This document shows positions 1-12,061 of a stretch of DNA of 64,000 nt, one piece after another. This DNA comes from Ranitomeya imitator (taxonomy: Eukaryota): the NCBI RefSeq assembly GCF_032444005.1, contig NC_091290.1:90520001-90584000 (forward strand), read 5' to 3'. The position numbers and the translations under genes are program-made. Position 1 is the stretch's first letter; each line of letters opens with the position of its first letter. The notes under the pieces were generated by a model, which was not told the DNA's origin, did not search any database, and saw only the letters and a list, made by a program, of their open reading frames with translations.

Positions 1-780
1 CAATCAGACCTTGGAAACATATCTGAGATGTTTTGTTTCTGCAGACCAGGATGATTGGGTGTCCTTTTTGCCGTTGGCTGAGTTCGCCCTTAATAATCGG
101 GCCAGCTCGGCTACCTTGGTCTCTCCATTTTTCTACAATTCTGGGTTCCATCCTCGTTTCTCTTCAGGACAGGTTGAGTCTTCGGACTGTCCTGGTGTGG
201 ATTCTGTGGTGGACAGGTTGCAGCAGATCTGGACTCAGGTAGTGGACAATTTGACCTTGTCCCAGGAGAAGGCTCAACTTTTCGCTAATCGCAGACGCCG
301 TGTGGGTCCCCGACTTCGTGTTGGGGATCTGGTTTGGTTATCTTCTCGTCATATTCCTATGAAGGTTTCCTCTCCTAAATTTAAACCTCGTTTTATTGGT
401 CCGTATAGGATTTCTGAGATTCTCAATCCTGTGTCCTTTCGTCTGACCCTCCCGGACTCCTTTTCCATACATAATGTATTCCATAGGTCGTTGTTGCGGA
501 GATACGTGGCACCTATGGTTCCATCTGTTGAGCCTCCTGCCCCTGTTTTGGTGGAGGGGGAATTGGAGTATATTGTGGAGAAAATTTTGGATTCTCGTGT
601 CTCTAGACGGAAACACCAGTATCTGGTTAAATGGAAGGGTTATGCTCAGGAAGATAATTCCTGGGTTTTTGCCTCTGATGTCCATGCTCCAGATCTTGTT
701 CGTGCCTTTCATGTCGCTCATCCTGGTCGGCCTGGGGGCTCTGGTGAGGGTTCGGTGACCCCTCCTCAAGGGGGGGGTAC
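1..780 (+). mobile_element. 3' end of Ty3/gypsy chromovirus pol (integrase C-terminus, GPY/F region, chromodomain) and polypurine tract; element A
   Basis: ORF 11..901 reads TNQTLETYLRCF...FIGPYRI...LEYIVEKILDSR...YLVKWKGY...DNSW (chromodomain). The PPT caaggggggggtac lies directly before the LTR at 781. Nearly identical to 46270-47060. Confidence 0.95.
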
Positions 781-1537
781 TGTTGTGAATTCTGTGGCTG
801 AATTCACTCCTGTGGTCACAAGTGGTACTGCAGCTTCTGGGCTTCCTCCCTCAGGTGTTCTGGTGAGCTCATTGGCTGCCTTGTTATTTAACTCCACCTG
901 ATTCTGTCTTCCTTGCTCCTTGTCAATATTCCAGTGTTGGATCTGAGCTTCTGGATCTTTCCTGTGGCCTGCTGCTCTGCTTAGATAAGTGCTTCTTTGC
1001 TTTTGTTGCTGTTTTTTTCTGTCCAGCTTGTCTATTCGTTTTTGCTGGAAGCTCTGAGACGCAAAGGGTGTACCGCCGTGCCGTTAGTTCGGCACGGTGG
1101 GTCTTTTTGCCCCCTTTGCGTGGTTTTTGCTTTAGGGTTTTTTGTAGACTGCAAAGTTCTCTTTGCTATCCTCGCTCTATCTAGAATATCGGGCCTCACT
1201 TTGCTGAATCTATTTCATCCCTACGTTTTGTCTTTTCATCTTGCTAACAGTCATTATATGTGGGGGGCTGCCTTTTCCTTTGGGGTATTTCTCTGAGGCA
1301 AGTCAGGCTTGTGTTTCTATCTTCAGGCTAGTCAGCTCCTCAGGCTGTGCCGAGTTGCATAGGTAGTGTCAGGCGCAATCCACAGCTGCCTTTAGTTGTG
1401 TTTAGGATAGGTTCAGGTATTGCGGTCTACAGAGATTCCACGTCTCAGAGCTCGTTCTATTGTTTTTGGGTTATTGTCAGATCACTGTATGTGCTCTGAT
1501 TGCTGGCACACTGTGTTACTGGATTGCCTTCATAACA
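781..1537 (+). repeat. 3' LTR of chromovirus element A (757 bp)
   Basis: TGTTGTG...CATAACA termini, preceded by the PPT, TATA-like ttatttaa near 885. Homologous to the LTRs at 45106, 47061, 57310 and 62226. Confidence 0.9.
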
Positions 1538-2443
1538 GCGTGCCTTTGAATGTGGTTTCTGATAGAGGGGTACAATATGTGTCCAAATTTTGGAGGGCAT
1601 TTTGTAAAAGATTGAATAGTTATTTGACCTTCTCCTCTGCTTACCATCCTGAGACCAATGGTCAGACAGAGAGGACCAATCAGTCACTTGATCAGATTTT
1701 GAGGTGTCTTGCTACGTCTCAGCAGGATGATTGGTGTACTTTGTTGCCCATGGCTGAGTTTGCATTTAATAATCGGATTAACCAGTCCACGGGCACCTCT
1801 CCATTCTCCATGTAACTATGGTTTTCATCCCCATTTTGGCGAATTTTCTAGGCTGGATTCAGGATGTCCAGGGGCTGATACGGCAGTGCAACAATTGAGG
1901 GAAGTGTGGAGGGAGGTCCAGAAGAACATTGGGGAGGCTCAGGGCAAACATAAACTTTTTGCGGATAAGCGATGGTCTGTAGGATCTATATTCCTGGTAG
2001 GAGATAAAGTGTGGTTGTCTACCAAGAACATTCATCTTAAGGTTCCTTCTGGTAAGCTAGGTGCCAGGTTTTTTGGTCCTTATGAGATCATTGAGGTGGT
2101 CAATCCAGTTGCATTTTGCTTATGGCCTCCTCCGTCGCTTTGGATCCCCAATGTGTTCCATAATTCCCTTCTTAAGTTGTTTGTGCCATCCTCTGCTGGG
2201 CCTTCATCCCCTCCGCCTCCTGTCTCTGTGGATGGTTAGACCGAGTATGAAGTGGAAAGGATTGTGGATTCTTGCAAGATCCGTAGTTCACTTCAGTATT
2301 TGGTCCATTGGAGGGGTTACGGTCCTGAGGATTGATCTTTGGTACCGACGCGATCTGTCCATGCTGATCGATTGGTTCAGGCATTTCATGCACGTTATCC
2401 TGGGAAGCCTGGGGTTCCGGTGGCCCCCTTGAGAGGAGGGTAC
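1538..2443 (+). mobile_element. Degenerate integrase-chromodomain segment of a second chromovirus (element B), interrupted by element A
   Basis: VPLNVVSDRGVQYVSKFW...YHPETNGQTERTNQ, then FFGPYEI and chromodomain fragments in several frames. PPT gagaggagggtac at 2431-2443. Confidence 0.9.
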
Positions 2444-3003
2444 TGTCATGATCCGTTCCAGGGTTTTATCCTGTCTGCCCTTTTTCTGGGTGGATCATGT
2501 CAAGGGTTAACATTGCTCTGCCTCATTCTGGGATCAGGTTTGCTATTTAGATCAGATGCATCCTGCTGGCAGTGCCAGCTATAGTTCTGCCTTCGGCGTG
2601 TGAACCTGACTCTGGTAGCTCTTGGTTTGTCATGTTGTGATCCCTGACTTGCCCCGTGTCTGATGACTTCCTCTGTCTGGTCTGCCCTTTTCACAGTTTT
2701 TACCTGTTTTTCGGTTTTGACTTTCTGGCTTTTGACTTAGCTTGTATTCAGACTCGCTTCTGCCTTCTGACTTTGTCTTATCCACTTCTGACCATTGCTG
2801 AACCTCCTGGCTTGTTCCTTAACACGTGTACTGCTGATCCTTTTAGTACTTGTCTATTGTTGGTTTTTGACTCGGCCTGTTTGACCCCTCTCTCGCCACT
2901 TGGTGGCACCTATGCTGCTGCTCTGTGGTGCTTCTCTGTCTCACTTCCCTCTCAAGCTCCCTCTGGTGGAGGTTGTGTTATATTGCAGTGTAGCAGCATG
3001 ACA
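2444..3003 (+). repeat. 3' LTR of element B (560 bp)
   Basis: Perfect 7-bp inverted termini TGTCATG...CATGACA. It follows the PPT, and RT sequence of another element resumes at 3004. Confidence 0.85.
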
Positions 3004-5417
3004 GGTGGTCTCCACCCATGCCTTCACTTTCAGGAACTAAATAAGATACTGTAAGAAACACATATCCCCTCCCACTCATTCCTGATTTGTGTAACCAATT
3101 GTCCAGGGCCAAATGGTTTTCAAAATTTGACTTGTGGGAGGCATATAACCTCATCCGGGTACGGGAGGGGGGATGAGTGGAAGTCTGCATTTCTCGCCTC
3201 AGAGAGGCTGTTTGAAAATGTAGTTATGCTGTTTGGTCTGACATATGCCGCAGCAGTTTTCCAGAACTTCATCAATTATGTATTCTCTGATTTTATTTGG
3301 TGGTTCGTGGTGATATACTTGGATAACATTCTAGTTTATTCACTTGACAAGCAGTCACATATTGGTCACCTTCGGGCTGTTCTTCAGAGACTCAGGGAGA
3401 ACTAATTTTTCACTAAGCTAGAGAAATGCTTGTTTTTCGCCCAGGAACTGCCTTTTTGGGGGTTCATTATCTCTAGTGAGGGGTTTCGTATGGATCCAAA
3501 AAGGTGCACGCCATTGTAGATTGGGTTCAACCATGGAAACTGAAGGGCCTTCAGCACTTCTTGGGATTCGACAATCACTACCAGAGGTTTATTAAAAGAT
3601 TCTCTCAGGTGGTCAAGCCCCTCATTGATTTGACACAGAAGGGGGCTGACGTTAAGAACTGGCCTGCCTCAGCGGTAGTGGTGTTTCTCAATCTCAAAAA
3701 ATGTTTTATGATTGCCCTGGTTCTTATTCAGCCTGATCCATATGAACCTTTTGTGGTGGAGCTTGACATCTCGAAGGTGGGGGCGGTGTTGTCCCAGGGG
3801 CCCTCCACTTTGACCAATTTGAGACCATATGCCTTCTTTTCCAGGAAGTTCTCCCCGACAGAGAGAAATTATGGCGTGGGTAATCGGGAACTTCTTGCGA
3901 TTAAGTTGGCCTTTGAGGAATGGAGGAATTTTTTGGAGGGGGTGGTTCATTCCATTACTGTAATTATGGACCATAAGAACCTGGGGTGTATTGAGTCTGC
4001 TAAAAGTTTGACCCCCAGGCAAGCCAGATGGTCATTTTTTTTTCATGGCTCCAGTTCTCAATCACATTTCGTTCAGGATCTAAAAACGTGAAGACCGATG
4101 TCTTGTCTCGTAGTCTGGACCAAGTTTATCCCCCCAACCTCCATCCTCCATTCTTCAACCTGGGGTGGTGGTGGCTGATGTGTCTGCAGGTTTGGAACGG
4201 GAGATTCGGGAAGCCCAGTCTCAGGCTCTTCTGTCCAAGCTGGTTGGAAACTTCAACTTTAACTGAAAGTCGTCCAGGAGTTCCATGATTTGGCCCTGAG
4301 TGGACATCCAGGGATTTCAGCCACACTTGGGGTCATCGCGAGGGGTTTTTGGTGGGCCTCGCTTGCATCTGATGTGAGGAAGTTTGTGTCTGCCTTTGAA
4401 GTGTGTGCCCGCGCTAAGAGCTCTCATAACCGGCCGGCCGGAGAATTGGTGCCTTTACCAGTTGCTGTTAGACCATGGACAAATTTGTCCATGGACTTTA
4501 TCACCATTCTTCTTCCCTCCAAGGGTTATACTGTCTTCTGGTGGTGGTAGACAGGTTTAGGAAACAAGCACACTTTGTACCCTTAGTGGCTCCACCCTCT
4601 GCTGAGACCTTGTCTAGGTTGTTCGTTCAACATGTTGTTCGTTTGCATGGTGTGCCCTTGAATGTGGTGTCTGACCGTGGTGTGCAGTTTGTGTCCAGGT
4701 TCTTGAGGGCATTTTGCAGACAGTTGGATATTGATTTGTTGTTTTCGTCTGTTTACCATCCGGAGACCAATGGTCATACCTAACGGACCAATCAGCCTTT
4801 AGAACAAATTTTATGCTGCCTTGCCACTTCCAGTCAAGAGGACTGGTCCGACACCTTGCCTTTAGCAGAATTTGTATTTAATAACCGTGTTAACCACTCT
4901 ACAGGTAACTCCCTTTTTGTCTGTAATTATGGGTTTAATCCACACTTTGGGGAGTTTTCTAACCTGGACTCCGGTTTCCCGGGGGTTGATATTGCTGTAC
5001 AGCAGTAGGGGAATTTATGGCGGGAGGTCCAAAAGAATATTGGGGAGGCTCAGAGGAAGTTTATGCTTTTTGCTGACAAGAAATGGACTGTGGGACCCAC
5101 CCTTTGGGTTGGGGATAAAGTGTGGCTGTCTACATTAAACTTAAGGTTCCTTCGGCAAAATTGGGATCTAAGCTTATTAGCCCGTATGAAATCATGGAGG
5201 TGGTCAACCCAGTGGCATTTCGTTTGCATCTTCCAGCCTCTTTTAAGATCTCCAATGTCTTCCATAGAGCCCTGCTGAAACCATTGGGGGCTGTGGAAAA
5301 AGCGTCATCCAGTATATTGTGCACTGGAAGGGGTATGGTCCTGAGGACCGATCCTGGGTTCCTGCCCAATCGGTTCATGCTGATCGTCTGGTGCGCTCCT
5401 TTCATGCCTGGCAGATG
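3004..5417 (+). pseudogene. Degenerate chromovirus pol (RT, RNase H, integrase, chromodomain), element C; 3' end and LTR missing
   Basis: Fragments [74 protein letters not shown]. Many frameshifts and stops. Confidence 0.9.
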
Positions 5418-8400
5418 AAGACTCGTCATCAGTAAAAGAGAGGCCCTCACTGTAGTTGGGCATACAACGGGGCAGGAATGAAAATCAGTGCCAAATGTCT
5501 GTTCTGAGGATCTGATTGAGGACAGTCCCACTTTGGAGGTGCTGCTTGCAGGCAAGAAGGTGGCGTGCAGAATCCAACCAGAGGAGCAGCACTTTTAGAC
5601 CTAATACTATCTAATAGACCTGACAGAATAACAAATCTGCAGGTGGTCGGGCATCTAGGAAATAGCGACCACAATATTGTACAGTTTCACCTGTCTTTCA
5701 CTAGGGGGACTTGTCAGGGAGTCACAAAAACACTGAACTTTAGGAAGGCAAAGTTTGACCAGCTTAGAGATGCCCTTAATCTGGTAGAATGGGACAATAT
5801 CCTCAGAAATAAGAATACAGATAATAAATGGGAAATGTTTAAGAACATCCTAAATAGGCAGTGTAAGCGGTTTATACCTTGTGGGAATAAATGGACTAGA
5901 AATAGGAAAAACCCAATGTGGCTAAACAAAGAAGTAAGACAGGCAATTAACAGTAAAAAGAAAGCATTTGCACTACTAAAGCAGGATGGCACCATTGAAG
6001 CTCTAAAAAACTATAGGGAGAAAAATACTTTATCTAAAAAACTAATTAAAGCTGCCAAAAAGGAAACAGAGAAGCACATTGCTAAGGAGAGTAAAACTAA
6101 TCCCAAACTGTTCTTCAACTATATCAATAGTAAAAGAATAAAAACTGAAAATGTAGGCCCCTTAAAAAATAGTGAGGAAAGAATGGTTGTAGATGACGAG
6201 GAAAAAGCTAACATATTAAACACCTTCTTCTCCACGGTATTCACGGTGGAAAATGAAATGCTAGGTGAAATCCCAAGAAACAATGAAAACCCTATATTAA
6301 GGGTCACCAATCTAACCCAAGAAGAGGTGCGAAACCGGCTAAATAAGATTAAAATAGATAAATCTCCGGGTCCGGATGGCATACACCCACGAGTACTAAG
6401 AGAACTAAGTAATGTAATAGATAAACCATTATTTCTTATTTTTAGGGACTCTATAGCGACAGGGTCTGTTCCGCAGGATTGGCGCATAGCAAATGTGGTG
6501 CCAATATTCAAAAAGGGCTCTAAAAGTGAACCTGGAAATTATAGGCCAGTAAATCTAACCTCTATTGTTGGTAATATATTTGAAGGGTTTCTGAGGGATG
6601 TTATTCTGGATTATCTCAATGAGAATAACTGTTTAACTCCATATCAGCATGGGTTTATGAGAAATCGCTCCTGTCAAACCAATCTAATCAGTTTTTATGA
6701 AGAGGTAAGCTATAGGCTGGACAACGGTGAGTCATTGGACGTGGTATATCTCGATTTTTCCAAAGCGTTTGATACCGTGCCGCACAAGAGGTTGGTACAC
6801 AAAATGAGAATGCTTGGTCTGGGGGAAAATGTGTGTAAATGGGTTAGTAACTGGCTTAGTGATAGAAAGCAGAGGGTGGTTATAAATAGTCCTGCAGCAA
6901 GTGGTCCGTTCGTGCGGCATTCAGAAGAGTTCGGCAGAAGGAAGAGCAGTGGGAGCAGTGTATGTCCCACGCGGGTCTGCTGTTGTGATCGGTCCGGGTC
7001 AAGAGAAGGTTGTATTGATGCCAGTAGGGACACACAGAAAACTGAATGGTGTGGAGGTGATTCTGGAACCGACCAGTCGGTTAGAAGACACGGATAGCCT
7101 AATGGTAGCCCGGACAGTGGCCGTTGTACGAGATGGAAGTGTACCAATAAGGTGCTTGAATCTGCAAGATCATGAGATGACTCTGGCGGCAGGCACCAAG
7201 CTGGCTGATGTATATGTGTGCGGCGGGAGAGTCATTCCCAAAAGTCAGTTTACACTGAGAGCAGACCGCAGGACTGCCTGGACCCTGTCAATGCAGACGA
7301 CAACCGAAGAGTCCCCCACACCTGCATGGAATGGCAGGAAGATCATGGAGATTATGGGGGTTGATGAGTTCCAGTTAATATTCGAGCAGGCGCGCAGGCT
7401 GGAGGATACATTGTGGGAATATCAGGCTGCTTTCTCCAGGGATGATGAAGACTTTGGTTGCACAAAGGCACTGCAACATGAAATACCCACAGGAGATACC
7501 CCTCCGATTCGAGAGAGATATTGTCAGATCCCGCCAAACCTCTATCAGGAGGTTAAGGGGATGATAGCGCAAATGCTAGACAATGGGGTGATCCGCCAGA
7601 GTCAGAGTCCTTGGGCCGCACCAGTCGTGTTGTTATGGAAGAAGGATGGGTCCATATGGTTTTGTGTTGATTACCGCAAGCTGAATGCACATACTGTACG
7701 TGATTCTTATCCGTTACCAAGAATCGAGGAATCCTTGTCCGCACTAGAGACGGCGAAGTATTTCTCTACGCTTGAATTAGCCAGTGGCTACTGGCAGGTG
7801 CCCGTGGCGGCTCGAGATCGGCAGAAGACAGCATTCATCTTGCCGATGGGTCTGTTCGAGTTTAATCAGATGCCCTTTGGACTAAGTAATGCCGCAGGAA
7901 CCTTTCAGCGATTGATGGAGTATTGCTTGGGTGATTACAATTTTGAATCTGTGTTGATCTATCAGGATGATGTAATCGTATTCGGAAATTCATTCGATGA
8001 TCACCTGAAAAAGCAAGTGTTGCACCGACTGAGAGACAATGGACTTAAGATCAAGCCAAAAAAATGTCAACTGTTCCGGATACAGATTGAGTATCTGGGG
8101 CATGTAGTGTCAGCTGAGGGTGTGTGTCCGGCGCCGAGTAAAATTGAGGCCATTCAAGGGTGGCCCAGACCCAAGACCTGGAGAGAAGTGCAGGCATTTC
8201 TCGGTCTAGCCGGATACTATCACCGATTTGTAAAAGGGCCCAAGAACCAACCCATCCAATGGACAGATCGACAACAACAGGCATTAGATCGGATCCGGGA
8301 TGTCCTTATGCAGGCACTTTTGTTGGCGTATGCACGTTTTGACCGACCTTTCATTCTGTACACTGACGGGAGCCTCCATGGCCTGGGAGCTGTGTTAGCC

Positions 8401-10413
8401 CGAGAGCAGGAGGGGCGTGAATGGGTTATTGCATATGCCAGTCGGTCTCTACGAGACACCGAGCGAAACCCAGATAATTATAGCTCGCTTAAGTTGGAGA
8501 TGTTGGCCTTGGTGTGAGCTATGACTGAGAAATTTGCAGAGTACCTTGCTGGCTCTGAGATTTTTGTGATGATTGACAATAACCCGCTGGCACACCTGGA
8601 GAATGCCAGGCTGGGAGCCTTAGAGCAGAGGTGGGTAGCACGGATGTCCAAGTTTAATTACTGGATTCGGTTCCATTCTGGTAAAGAGAACTCCAATGCC
8701 GATGCACTGTCACGAGTGACTTTGGTACTCCCAGGCATGTTGTGGATTAAGACCTTGAAGATAGCGAGATTCCTGACCTGAGACGATTACCTGTGTTCGA
8801 GGATGTGGCACGAGTCGCCACGTTGCTGGGAAATACTCGTCAGGAGTGGGCCGACTTACAGGATGAGGACTCTGAGCTGTCACGAGTAAAGAAGTGGCTG
8901 AGTCAAAAGTCCTGGCCCGATGGAAGGGCGAGAGCTCGGCTGGGTGCAGAGGGGCAGAAATTGCTACGGCAGTGGGATCGATTGGCCATAACGGAAGGGG
9001 TACTGTATCGCTGGATCTACATAGTGGCAGAGCTGGTGTATCGTTGGCAAGTGGTGATCCCAGCCTCAATGGCTCCGGACATTGCCCGAGAGGCTCATAT
9101 GCAGGGTGCACATTTTGGACCTGAAAAGACTTATAGATGGTTGCACCGATTTGTGTACACACCTGGCTTGGAAGAAGTCGTGAGAGAGGTGTGTGCTAAG
9201 TGCTGGCCCTGTGAATTGAATAAGTCCCCAGAACGGAGAGCTCCTGTTCAAACAATTGTGACGTCTGCCCCGCTGGAAGTATTAATGGTGGATTATTTGT
9301 CCATTGGGTACTCCAGCAGCGGTCATCATTCATGCCTAGTCATGACCGATCATTTCACAAAATTTGCTGTGGCATTCCCACTAAAGATCAGACTGCTAAG
9401 TCCGCAGCAGAGGCGATCTGTAAACATTTTATTCCGGTGTATGGGTGCCCCCAAAGAGTGCATTCAGACCAAGGTACCTGTTTTCAGGGTCAGCTCATGA
9501 CTGAGTTGCTGCAGGTCTATGGGATTCAGCAATCACGGACGACGCCCTATCACCCACAGGGAAATGGAGCTTGTGAGCGATTCAACCGAACGCTGCTCCA
9601 GATGCTGAGAACACTGGAACAAAGGCAAAAGGGTTGATGGCCTGAGTTTCTCCCTGAACTTATGTGGGCTTATAATAACAGAGTCCATAACACTACAGGG
9701 TTCACGCCTTATGCGATGATGTTCGGCCGGCCTGGACGAGAAATCGGGCAGCTGAGTCTGACGGTACCGGATGAGCCGCAGTATTGTACAGCCAGTGAGT
9801 GGGTCCAGGATCACCAAAGAAAACTGCGAGAGATCCATCAGATAGTGAAAGAACGTGTACGGGTTCATCCACACCGAGATCAAAAACCAGTGCACGGGGA
9901 TGTGTTCCAGGTGGGTGACAGGGTTCTAGTGCGGGTTACACGTCCAGAAGGGAAGTTGAGTGACAGGTGGGAGGATACGTCTTACACAGTAGTGGAAAGG
10001 GTGTTCCCAGGAGGAAGTGTGTACACGGTGGTCCCTGAGGGGTGTATTGGACCTCATCGCACGATGCATCGGAATTGGCTAAAGAGGTGTATATCCGACG
10101 CACCTGTCTGTTCCCCTGAGTCATCCGATCCAACGATGATGCAACCGAGCAATGTTGAGTGTTACTGTTGGGATGACTGTGATGACGATCTCCCAGAAAT
10201 GCAGAGTCCGACAGTGCAAACTCCAGATATGCCCACTAATGTTACTGTTCCACCAGATACGACAAATGTTTCGTTGAACCCGACAGGTACTGGCATACGG
10301 AGGTCAGAGAGGAGCACAGCTGGAATTCCTCCAATACGATATAATCCTGATGAGTATGTGTTGGTTGTGGGTTGTGAGAAGCCATTTGTCGGGACGCCAA
10401 ATTGAAAGTGGGG
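5418..10413 (+). pseudogene. Ty3/gypsy pol of a non-chromovirus family (element D): protease remnant, RT, RNase H, integrase; interrupted by a LINE fragment
   Basis: SPTLEVLLAGKKV at 5524-5562. ORF 6901..8517 has FCVDYRKLN, YPLPRIEE, MPFGLSNA, YQDD, YTDGS, IAYASRSL. Integrase fragments MTDHFTK, VHSDQG, YHPQGNGACERFNRTL. No chromodomain; several stops and frameshifts. Confidence 0.9.
5565..6887 (+). mobile_element. CR1-type LINE ORF2 internal fragment (end of APE endonuclease through first half of RT), open but truncated at both ends
   Basis: LLDLILSN...GNSDHN, KSPGPDGIHPRVLRE, PIFKKG...PGNYRPVNLTS, QHGFMRNRSCQTNL, YLDFSKAFDTVPH, WLSDRKQRVVIN. Base composition shifts to A-rich at both junctions. 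Confidence 0.92.
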
Positions 10414-11209
10414 TGTAAAATGGTGATGGTTTTTTTTTTCTATCATAAAGTGTTGATACAGTAACTGTGTTCAGCCACCGGAGGTCACCCTTGAGTAATA
10501 GACAGGATAATTACAATGCTGTTGCAGTAATTTTGTTCAGCCACCGGAGGTCACCCATGAGAAAAAGACAAGAAGATTCTGGAAACAGGACAGTTACCTG
10601 AGAGAGAGTTTCTTGGCGTTTTGAGGAGAAGCAGCGCGGTGATGGAGAGTGGGGAATCCAGACCTTGAGGCATTCCTGTTTTGGGACTGTGTGGTTTCAA
10701 GAAAGCTATTCTTGTGAGTAAACAGAGAAGTGTGACCGGTCACCGACTGTGTAGTTAGCTAGGGATAGCTAGATAGGAATCACAGCCTAATTAAGGACAG
10801 TCTTGCATTAAGAATTGCCTGATAACTAATAGACACTGTGTGGATTCCTGCGCTTCACGATTCTGACTATGGGATATTCCTGGAATTATTTGTGGACTTT
10901 ATCTGGATCTGCATCAGAAGGTTTGGTGGCTCAAATACCTATTTAATCCGCTGGTGGACATCTGTATAAGAAATTCAGTTATTTACCGTTGAAGCGTATA
11001 TTGTGAAAGAGTACACTCTGAGCACTCAACAATAACACAGTGCACTGCGTATACATTCAGTATATACTGTGATATATATATATATATATGTTGGGAAAAA
11101 CGGGGTACCCGTGATTTATTGTAAATTAGGCGGGAGGCGGGTGTAAGATTGTATTCCTGATAGGACCACGTGTCACAGGCACAGTATAACCCCGTGTAGG
11201 CCCATTACA
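10414..11209 (+). repeat. Probable 3' LTR of element D (~796 bp)
   Basis: Follows purine tract gaaagtgggg. TGTAA...TTACA termini. Contains a 23-bp direct repeat tgttcagccaccggaggtcaccc (~10467 and ~10534). No second copy in the window to confirm it. Confidence 0.6.
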
Positions 11210-11419
11210 GTTAAGGGCGGGAGTGGTATAGTTGTGGGGTAGTCTGATTCCAGTCTGTGAAGCTGGCACTTGGGGTCTTTCAGGCTGCATAACATGTATC
11301 CTGTGAGTTGTGGCTGTTGTGGCCCATATTGTGGTGGGAGAGAAAATTCTGTAATTTTTTTGCATAAGTTATAAAGAAAAGTTGGTTTAATATCATATTT
11401 TGCCCTGAGTCATTCATAG

Positions 11420-11638
11420 CAGCGCCGTATTCTGTTCTCGAGCAGCGACCGGCATAACGGTCGTTACACATGCGCGGCTGGAACTCCGCCCCCTCCTCCC
11501 CGAACCTTACAATGGGGCAGCGGATGCGTTGCAAAACTGCATACGCTGCCCCGTTGTGATTTTACTTCACAGCATGCGTCGGTACGCCGGCCCGACGCAC
11601 TGTCACAGGCTCATACCGACGCCAGTGTGAAAGTAGCC
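11420..11638. mobile_element. Partial Harbinger-type MITE (one terminus)
   Basis: Ends ...gtgtgaaagtagcc followed by TTA, the same TIR as the complete MITE at 55725-56134. The other terminus was not found. Confidence 0.65.
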
Positions 11639-11725
11639 TTAGTAGCTTTTCTCATGATTGCATACACCTGGCTATGAAGTTCAAAGCTCAATGAGGTTAG
11701 AAAACCAAAAAAAGTGCTTTAGTAA

Positions 11726-11910
11726 GGCTGGTTTCACACTAGCGTTTTTGAACGCATGCGTTTTTTTAAAAAAAACGCATGGTACAAAAACGCATGTAAA
11801 CGCGTGTAAACGCTGCGTTTTTTTGACGCACGCGTTAAACGCGTGCGTCAAAAAAACGCAGCGTTTACACGCGTTTACATGCGTTTTTGCATGCGTTTGC
11901 GTTTTTTGTG
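11726..11910. repeat. Left subterminal array of palindromic AAAACGCATGCGTTTT-type motifs
   Basis: Many copies or variants of aaaacgcatgcg/acgcgt. Mirrored by an array at 17185-17529. Confidence 0.85.
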
Positions 11911-12061
11911 CATTTTTGGGAAAAAAAAAAAAAAAAAAAGGTTGCAATAACCAACCAATGAGAATAGAGTGGGCTAGAGAGGGCGTACATGATTGGGACT
12001 CAATATATAGACCCTAGGGGTACATAAAGTTTCAGAGCTTGCTACTGTTTCCGGTGTCACG

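Noticed and set aside
5565-7097. 510-aa ORF as a real gene
   Set aside because: It is chimeric: LINE ORF2 to ~6887, then an off-frame read-through into gypsy sequence. The start is GTG at the junction.
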